Source: an uncultured Bacilli bacterium
GTDB lineage: Bacteria; Bacillota_I; Bacilli_A; RF39; UBA660
Reading direction: 5' to 3'
Length of the DNA: 64,000 nt
NCBI GenBank assembly: GCA_947589735.1
Contig: CANQCR010000007.1
Location: forward strand, 988 to 64,987
The first letter of the stretch is position 1; each line of letters starts with the position of its first letter. A model generated the notes under the pieces. That model ran no database searches, was not told the origin of the DNA, and was given only the letters and a program-made list of their open reading frames with translations. A program made the translations under genes and the position numbers. Shown piece after piece: positions 57,828 to 64,000 of this stretch.

Positions 57828-58091
57828 TTACTCCATTTCACTAACTTTTTTTGTAAGACGAGATTTATTACGAGCGGCTGTATTTTTACTTGTAACTCCA
57901 GCTTCACAAGCTTTATCAATAGCTTTGGTAGCAACTTTTAAAGCTTCAGCAGCCTCTTCTTTATTTTTATTAGCAACAGCTTTGTCAACTTTCTTAATAG
58001 CGTTTTTCATCGTTGCTGCATAACGATTATTATTTTCTTCTTTTTTGATATTTACTAAAATTCTCTTTTCAGCGTTTTTTAAATTTGGCAT
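57828..58091 (-). CDS. rpsT: 30S ribosomal protein S20
   Basis: MPNLKNAEKR… N-terminus and basic helical protein. ATG 58091 follows GGAGGTG. The ORF-track start 58121 is an extension. Confidence 0.93.
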   Translation of the reverse strand: MPNLKNAEKRILVNIKKEENNNRYAATMKNAIKKVDKAVANKNKEEAAEALKVATKAIDKACEAGVTSKNTAARNKSRLTKKVSEME

Positions 58092-58191
58092 AATTTTCAC
58101 CTCCAAGTCACATACATACATATTTTAGCAAAACTTTTCTTAAATTGCAAATAAAATAAGCTATTTTGTAAAAAATATTAAGGGTGATTAG

Positions 58192-59193
58192 ATGAAGCAT
58201 GAAGTAGACTTAGCTAATTATAATTTGCGGAGTGATTTATTAATTGAAGCTACGGAAAATGTTGATGGATTAATTTCGAAAAAAAGAAGTATCGGTAATG
58301 TTAGTGTGACAGAGATAGTAGTTGATGAAGAAAGTAGTAAATTAATTGATAAAAAAGTTGGAAAATACGTGACTATTGAGTTTGAAGATGTGACGGATAC
58401 GACGAATAAAAATAAAGTTTTAAAAGTTCTCACTGATGAGTTAAAGACATTTATTAAATTAGATAGTAAGGAAGATTTGGTTCTTGTTATTGGTCTTGGT
58501 AATGATACATCGACTCCTGATTCCTTAGGCCCTCTTACTATTGATGCTGTAGAAGTAACTAACCACTTATATGAATTAGGGGTTGTGGATAGAAATTACC
58601 AACGGGTTGCCGCCATCACACCTAGTGTAATGGGAAAAACGGGTCTTGAGACTAGTATGATTATTAAAAGTATTGCAGATAGTATCAAGCCTAAACTAAT
58701 TATTGTGATTGATTCACTAGCTAGTAATGCCTTAGAACGATTAAATAAAACTATTCAAATAACCGATAGTGGTATCTTCCCAGGCAGTGGCATTGGTAAT
58801 CGGCGTAAGGAAATAAGCATCGATACTTTAAATATTCCCGTTATTGCGATTGGTATTCCTACCGTTGTTGATGCGATAACAATTGTAAGTGATACGATCA
58901 ACTATATGATTAAACATTATGTCTATGCGAAAGAAAATATAGATAAACCCAAATATAAGTTAATGATTAATCATAATTACTTAAAAGAAGATATTCATAT
59001 TAAGGAAGAAGATAAAGAATCTTTATTAGGACTGGTGGGCAAATTAAATGGTTCTGAATTAAAAGCATTACTTAATGATGTTTTAACACCTATCGGCTAT
59101 AATCTTATCGTGACGCCCAATGAAATTGACTATATTATTTCTTTGTTATCCCATCTTTTAGGGCAAGCTCTTAATACTATTTTTTCTGGCTAG
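58192..59193 (+). CDS. gpr: Germination protease Gpr (spore SASP endopeptidase)
   Basis: The N-terminus …NLRSDLLIEA… and the GLGN…TPD.LGP and IAIGIPTVVDA blocks match GPR endopeptidase (from memory). It sits next to rpsT, as in Bacillus. Confidence 0.85.
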   Translation: MKHEVDLANYNLRSDLLIEATENVDGLISKKRSIGNVSVTEIVVDEESSKLIDKKVGKYVTIEFEDVTDTTNKNKVLKVLTDELKTFIKLDSKEDLVLVIGLGNDTSTPDSLGPLTIDAVEVTNHLYELGVVDRNYQRVAAITPSVMGKTGLETSMIIKSIADSIKPKLIIVIDSLASNALERLNKTIQITDSGIFPGSGIGNRRKEISIDTLNIPVIAIGIPTVVDAITIVSDTINYMIKHYVYAKENIDKPKYKLMINHNYLKEDIHIKEEDKESLLGLVGKLNGSELKALLNDVLTPIGYNLIVTPNEIDYIISLLSHLLGQALNTIFSG

Positions 59194-59243
59194 AATAATA
59201 AAGAAAACTATGATATAATACTCCCAGAAAGAGGGATGATGGT

Positions 59244-60551
59244 ATGAAAAAACCAGTTGTCGCTTTACTAGGACGTCCGAATGTTGGTAAAAGTACAATC
59301 TTTAATCGATTGGTTGGTAAGAAAATGGCCATCATCGAGGATACGCCCGGTATAACAAGAGATCGTTTGTATGGAAGTGTTGAATATAAAGATTATAATT
59401 TCCACTTGATTGATACAGGGGGAATTGATTTAGAAAATGCCACTTTTAATGATGAAATTAAAGTTCAAGCTGAACTTGCCATTGATGAAGCGGATGTTAT
59501 CATCTTTGTTGTTGATGCGAAAGAAGGCTTAACCGCTAATGATTTTGCTGTCCGTGATATGCTTATGAAAGCCAATAAAAAAGTCATTGTCGCTATTAAT
59601 AAGTGTGATAACAGTAAAATTAATGAAACGGAATACGAGTTTTATGAACTAGGATTTGAAAAGTATTTTAAAGTTAGTGGTGAACATAATATTGGCATTA
59701 TTGATCTTCTTGAAGAAGTGGTTAAAGAGTTCGAACCTGTCAGTGAAGAATACAAAAATATGCTTAAGTTTTCTATTATAGGCCGCCCGAATGTTGGTAA
59801 AAGCAGTTTAGTAAATGCCTTACTTAATGAAGAACGTGTTATTGTAAGTGAAGTAGCGGGAACAACAAGAGATGCGATTGATACCACGTTTACTTATCAT
59901 GGTGAGGAATGTGTTGTTATTGATACCGCTGGTATGCGTAAAAAAGGTAAAGTATATGAAAGTATTGAACGTTACAGCCTTCTTCGAAGTATGAAAGCTA
60001 TTGATCGCTCCGATGTATGCTGCCTTGTTATTAATGCTGAAGAAGGTATTATTGAACACGATAAACATATTGCCGGATATGCGATTGAAGCCGGTAAAGC
60101 CCTTGTTATTGTTGTTAATAAATGGGATACGATAAATGATAAAGATAGCGCTATGCGAAAATGGAAAAATGATATCGAAGCGCAGTTTCAATTTGTAAGT
60201 TATGCTCCAATTGTCTTTTTATCAGCTAAAACGAGAAAACGGATTCATACCCTTATGCCCGAAGTTTTAAAAGCTTATGAAAATAGTAAAAAAGAAATTA
60301 AGACAAGTCTTTTAAATGATGTTATAACGGATGCTTATGATCTTAATTTACCACCTAGTTATAAAGGTAAAAGACTTAAAATATATTTTGCTAACCAAGT
60401 TAGTGTCCAACCCCCAACATTTAATATTCAAGTTAATAGTAAGGGTTTAGTTCATTTTTCTTATGAGCGTTATTTAGAAAATAAGATTAGAGAGGCTTTT
60501 GATTTTACGGGTACGCCAATCGTTTTACAATTTAAAAATAAAGGAGAATAG
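59244..60551 (+). CDS. der: Ribosome-associated GTPase Der (EngA)
   Basis: Two tandem GTPase domains (GRPNVGKST…DTGG; GRPNVGKSS…DTAG…NKWD) plus a KH-like C-terminus. Confidence 0.95.
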   Translation: MKKPVVALLGRPNVGKSTIFNRLVGKKMAIIEDTPGITRDRLYGSVEYKDYNFHLIDTGGIDLENATFNDEIKVQAELAIDEADVIIFVVDAKEGLTANDFAVRDMLMKANKKVIVAINKCDNSKINETEYEFYELGFEKYFKVSGEHNIGIIDLLEEVVKEFEPVSEEYKNMLKFSIIGRPNVGKSSLVNALLNEERVIVSEVAGTTRDAIDTTFTYHGEECVVIDTAGMRKKGKVYESIERYSLLRSMKAIDRSDVCCLVINAEEGIIEHDKHIAGYAIEAGKALVIVVNKWDTINDKDSAMRKWKNDIEAQFQFVSYAPIVFLSAKTRKRIHTLMPEVLKAYENSKKEIKTSLLNDVITDAYDLNLPPSYKGKRLKIYFANQVSVQPPTFNIQVNSKGLVHFSYERYLENKIREAFDFTGTPIVLQFKNKGE

Positions 60552-60553
60552 TT

Positions 60554-61126
60554 GTGCGAAATAAAAGACATTTTCAAGGTAATATCATTTTAATAATCAT
60601 AATTATTACTTTGACGATTATCTTTGGTGTAGTTTTTTTATCTAGTAATAAAGATGATAATAAATTATCTTTAACTCAACTTGATGATGATCGAGTTATA
60701 TTAGATAAAGATGAAGTATCACAAAAAAATGCTGATGTTGATACTTCTTCCAAAACTAAAGATGATGATTTACCAAGTGTAAGGCCAGCTGATGTGTCAA
60801 AAAATAGTAATGTATCTAGTAATACAAACACGCCTGTAACAATTCCTAATATTCCAGATGAAGATAATGAAATTATTACGACGACTAAAATTAAAATAGT
60901 AAATAAATGTGGTACTAATAGTTTACAAGCATTGGATGAGTTTTACCAAGATAGTGAATATATCTACTATTTTAAATCAATGCAGAGCAATTGTATTTAT
61001 GTTCAGATTAATGGTAGCGAGTATACCGTTAAGTTTGCTTTAAATAGTCATCTAGTAACAATTAAAGAGTTAGAAAATGCGGGCTTTAAATGTTTAAAGA
61101 AACCGCTTCATTTAGCAACAAAATAA
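60554..61126 (+). CDS. Hypothetical membrane-anchored protein (190 aa)
   Basis: GTG start 3 nt after the der stop. One N-terminal TM, an S/D/N-rich linker, and a C-terminal domain of about 80 aa with 3 Cys. No family recognised. Confidence 0.55.
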   Translation: MRNKRHFQGNIILIIIIITLTIIFGVVFLSSNKDDNKLSLTQLDDDRVILDKDEVSQKNADVDTSSKTKDDDLPSVRPADVSKNSNVSSNTNTPVTIPNIPDEDNEIITTTKIKIVNKCGTNSLQALDEFYQDSEYIYYFKSMQSNCIYVQINGSEYTVKFALNSHLVTIKELENAGFKCLKKPLHLATK

Positions 61127-61172
61127 TTGTTGCTTTTTTCTTTTTTGCATATACTATTCTTAGGAGGTAGGT

Positions 61173-61415
61173 ATGGCTTTTTCTGATGGATTGTTTAATC
61201 GTATTGAAAAACGAACCAAGGTTGATAAAAATACAATTTTAGAACTAGCTAAAGAGTTGCAGGATAATGATTTAAAAAATGAACATACTTTGCGTAATGT
61301 TATTCATAAATTAAGTGCGATGACGGGTAAGTCGGTATCAACAGAACAAGAAAATAAAATTGTTAATGCAGTTATGAATGATAATGTTCCTAAAGATGTT
61401 GATAAAATGTTTTAA
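61173..61415 (+). CDS. Stage VI sporulation protein F-like (SpoVIF/YjcC family)
   Basis: 80 aa. FNRIEKRTKV…LAKELQDNDLKNEHTLRNVIHKLSAMTGK…E.KIV resembles B. subtilis SpoVIF (from memory). RBS AGGAGGT. Confidence 0.55.
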   Translation: MAFSDGLFNRIEKRTKVDKNTILELAKELQDNDLKNEHTLRNVIHKLSAMTGKSVSTEQENKIVNAVMNDNVPKDVDKMF

Positions 61416-61479
61416 TGAAGAGATTATTCTCTTTTTTTTTGTTTTCTTTTCTTGTATACTATTACTAGAGGTAATAAAG

Positions 61480-62469
61480 ATGTGGAAGATTGGTAATGTT
61501 GAAATTCAAAATCAAATCGTTTTAGCGCCAATGGCGGGCATTTGTAATAATGCTTACCGGAGGATTATTAAAGAAATGGGTTGTGGCTTGATGGTCGCTG
61601 AGATGGTTAGTGATAAAGCCTTAATGTATGAAAATAAAAAGACCCAAGAACTTCTTTATATGACTGAGGATGAAAGACCAATCGCCCAACAGATATTTGG
61701 TAGTGATGTCAAATCTTTTGTTATTGCCGCTAAATATGTTGAAAAGGTTATGCATCCTGATATTATCGATATCAATATGGGGTGTCCTGTTCCCAAAGTT
61801 GCCTTAAGAGCGCAAGCCGGGAGTGCCTTATTAAAAGATCCTGATAAAGTCTATGAAATTGTTAAGGCAGTTGTATCTAGTGTATCGATTCCGGTAACAG
61901 TTAAAATAAGAAGTGGCTGGGATGAAAATAGTATTAATGCCGTTCAAATAGCTAAACAAATCGAGGCGGCTGGTGCTAGTGCCATTAGTGTTCATCCCAG
62001 AACGAGAAAGCAAGGATATGCTGGTAAAGCTGATTGGAATATTATAAGAGAAGTAAAGGAAAATGTATCGATACCCGTTATTGGTAATGGTGATGTTAAA
62101 AGCTGTTATGATGCTTCAAGAATGTTAAAAGAAACCGGTTGTGATGCGGTGATGATTGGAAGAGGTGTATTAGGTAATCCTTGGCTTATTAAAGAATGCA
62201 TTGACTATATTGAAAATGGTATTATTCCTAAAGAAGTATCAATTCAAGATAAAATAAATATGATTAAACACCATTTAAATAATTTATTAGAAACGAAGCC
62301 TTATAAAGTAGCTATGTTAGAAATTAGAACGCACGCGGCATATTACTTAAAAGGTTTACCTAAAGGTAAAGAGCTTAAAATGGCTATTTTTAAGACGCAA
62401 ACTAAAGAAGAGTTATTATCATTATTAGATAATTATATGGAGGATTATTATGCGCATCAAACGATTTAG
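61480..62469 (+). CDS. dusB: tRNA-dihydrouridine synthase DusB
   Basis: LAPMAG, IDINMGCP, …HPRTR… and GNGD motifs. ATG 61480 follows GAGGT. The ORF-track start 61378 is an extension that overlaps the upstream gene. Confidence 0.92.
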   Translation: MWKIGNVEIQNQIVLAPMAGICNNAYRRIIKEMGCGLMVAEMVSDKALMYENKKTQELLYMTEDERPIAQQIFGSDVKSFVIAAKYVEKVMHPDIIDINMGCPVPKVALRAQAGSALLKDPDKVYEIVKAVVSSVSIPVTVKIRSGWDENSINAVQIAKQIEAAGASAISVHPRTRKQGYAGKADWNIIREVKENVSIPVIGNGDVKSCYDASRMLKETGCDAVMIGRGVLGNPWLIKECIDYIENGIIPKEVSIQDKINMIKHHLNNLLETKPYKVAMLEIRTHAAYYLKGLPKGKELKMAIFKTQTKEELLSLLDNYMEDYYAHQTI

Positions 62470-63049
62470 AGCTTTTATCATTGATTTTATTGTTATGGCT
62501 CTAGCTTTTTATCTTATTAATGTAGCTGTTCCTAAAACGAGAAGTGTGAAAGCTTTAGAAGCTGAACAAAATGAAATAACCGAAAACTATATGCAAAGAA
62601 ATATAACTTTTGAAGACTATTTTACAGAATATGGTGAGGTTGTCTATAATTTAGATAAAGAGCAAAAAATTGTTAACATTATATATTTAATTTTTATCTT
62701 ATGTTATTTCGTGTTACTGCCTTTTTTATGGAAGGGAAGAACTATTGGAACTTATATTAATGGTATTCAAGTTGAGCGGTTTGATAAAGGATATCTTTTC
62801 TTACATCAACTATTTATCCGCAATTTTATTGTCATCGGTCTTGGTTACTTATTAATTAGGACATTAGGTATATATATATTACCTAGCAAATACTATTTTT
62901 TAGTTATCTCAATCGTCGGTCTTCTTCAAATTGTGTTAGCGGTTTTTTCAGCTAATATGATTATGTTTACTAAAAATAAAAGAGGACTTCAAGATATCCT
63001 TAGCAACACGGAAATGGCAAAAATTATTAAGGTAAAAAATCATCAATAA
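62450..63049 (+). CDS. RDD-family membrane protein
   Basis: 199 aa. N-terminal KRFRAFIIDFIV and three TM helices, consistent with the RDD domain. Confidence 0.6.
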   Translation: MRIKRFRAFIIDFIVMALAFYLINVAVPKTRSVKALEAEQNEITENYMQRNITFEDYFTEYGEVVYNLDKEQKIVNIIYLIFILCYFVLLPFLWKGRTIGTYINGIQVERFDKGYLFLHQLFIRNFIVIGLGYLLIRTLGIYILPSKYYFLVISIVGLLQIVLAVFSANMIMFTKNKRGLQDILSNTEMAKIIKVKNHQ

Positions 63050-63121
63050 CACTAGTATTTATAGTGTTTTTTTGATATTATATAAGAGTAAAAAACGCAA
63101 TTAAGAAAAGGAAGTGAGAAA

Positions 63122-64000
63122 ATGCGCGAACTTACAGAACAAGAGTTAGTCAGACGTGAAAAAGCGAATGCTATCGCCTCAGCTGGTATGGATCCTTTTG
63201 GACATCGTTTTGATCGGACGCACACATCAGGTGAGATCATCAAAGAATACGCTACTAAAACTAATGAAGAATTAGAAGAGATGGGTGTTAATGTCAAAGT
63301 AGCGGGACGGATTATGACTAAACGTGGTAAGGGTAAAGCCGGATTTATGCACATCCAAGACCGTGATGGTCAAATTCAAATATATATGAAACTGGATAAT
63401 GTTGGTGAAGAAAACTATGAATTATTTAATAAAGCTGACATCGGTGATATCGTTGGAATCGAAGGAACATTGTTTGTAACGCATACTGGCGAATTATCTG
63501 TTAAAGCTTTTAAATATGTTCATTTAGTTAAAGCCTTAAGACCATTACCAGAGAAATTCCATGGTCTAACAGACATTGAGGAGCGTTATCGTCGTCGTTA
63601 TGTTGACTTAATTATGAATGAAGACGCTAAAAGGGTCGCTTTCTTAAGGCCAAAAATTATTCGTTGTATTCAACAATTTATGGATAATTTAGGTTATACG
63701 GAAGTTGAAACACCCGTTTTAACAACTCTTTTAACCGGAGCTGCTGCGCGTCCTTTTGTAACGCATCACAATACGCAAGATTTGGATATGTATTTAAGGA
63801 TTGCTTTAGAGTTACCACTAAAAAGATTATTAGTTGGTGGTATGGAAGCTGTCTATGAAATAGGTCGTGTTTTTAGAAACGAAGGAATGGATCCTAAACA
63901 TAATCCCGAGTTCACTTTAATGGAAGCTTATCTTGCTTATTCTGATTTAGATGGAATGATGGATCAAACGGAAGCTATGTTCCAAGAAATCGCTCGTAAA
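63122..64000 (+). CDS. lysS: Lysyl-tRNA synthetase, class II (3' end outside the window)
   Basis: Read manually: [34 protein letters not shown]…[24 protein letters not shown]…[10 protein letters not shown]…FRNEGMD. The frame stays open to the window end, and the ORF is absent from the track because it has no stop. Confidence 0.93.
   Translation, partial: MRELTEQELVRREKANAIASAGMDPFGHRFDRTHTSGEIIKEYATKTNEELEEMGVNVKVAGRIMTKRGKGKAGFMHIQDRDGQIQIYMKLDNVGEENYELFNKADIGDIVGIEGTLFVTHTGELSVKAFKYVHLVKALRPLPEKFHGLTDIEERYRRRYVDLIMNEDAKRVAFLRPKIIRCIQQFMDNLGYTEVETPVLTTLLTGAAARPFVTHHNTQDLDMYLRIALELPLKRLLVGGMEAVYEIGRVFRNEGMDPKHNPEFTLMEAYLAYSDLDGMMDQTEAMFQEIARK

Overview
This is low-GC Firmicutes-type chromosomal DNA. 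It probably comes from a spore-forming Erysipelotrichia/Clostridia-like organism, an inference from spo0A, pro-sigK, gpr and a spoVIF-like gene plus a short Mollicutes-like 5S rRNA. TGA is used as a stop codon, so this is genetic code 11. The window opens in the 3' end of an rRNA operon (23S-5S). It then runs through mostly + strand housekeeping genes: tsaE-tsaB-rimI-tsaD, pcrA, nfo, a class B PBP, rpmG, efp, pgk/tpiA, spo0A, a T-box-controlled valS, ligA, PFOR (nifJ), sigK, recD2, lspA-rluD, the rlmN-prpC-prkC-rsgA-rpe cluster, tig, rpsT, gpr, der, dusB and lysS. Two ABC transporter loci are also present. I saw no CRISPR array, tRNA gene, integrase, prophage or recognisable defence system. 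The most unusual region is 32.8-38.4 kb. It holds a PflB/PflA-like pair in which the catalytic Cys-Cys and the radical-SAM CX3CX2C motif are missing. That pair is tightly coupled to the first of three tandem paralogs. The paralogs share an unrecognised signal-peptide plus two-helix, pilin-like membrane module with conserved cysteines, and carry different extracellular heads (SGNH hydrolase, none, unknown domain). Other notable items: (1) two 100% identical copies of a 190-bp MITE-like element, each flanked by a 22-23 bp duplication of a complete terminator hairpin; (2) a tandem pair of unknown membrane-protein paralogs next to the rRNA operon; (3) a promoter-supported ORF interrupted by an in-frame TGA; (4) a T-box leader with an ambiguous specifier register that controls an HD-domain gene plus valS; (5) recurrent very compact promoter-RBS-ATG modules. 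All calls come from reading the sequence and the ORF translations. No database search was run.
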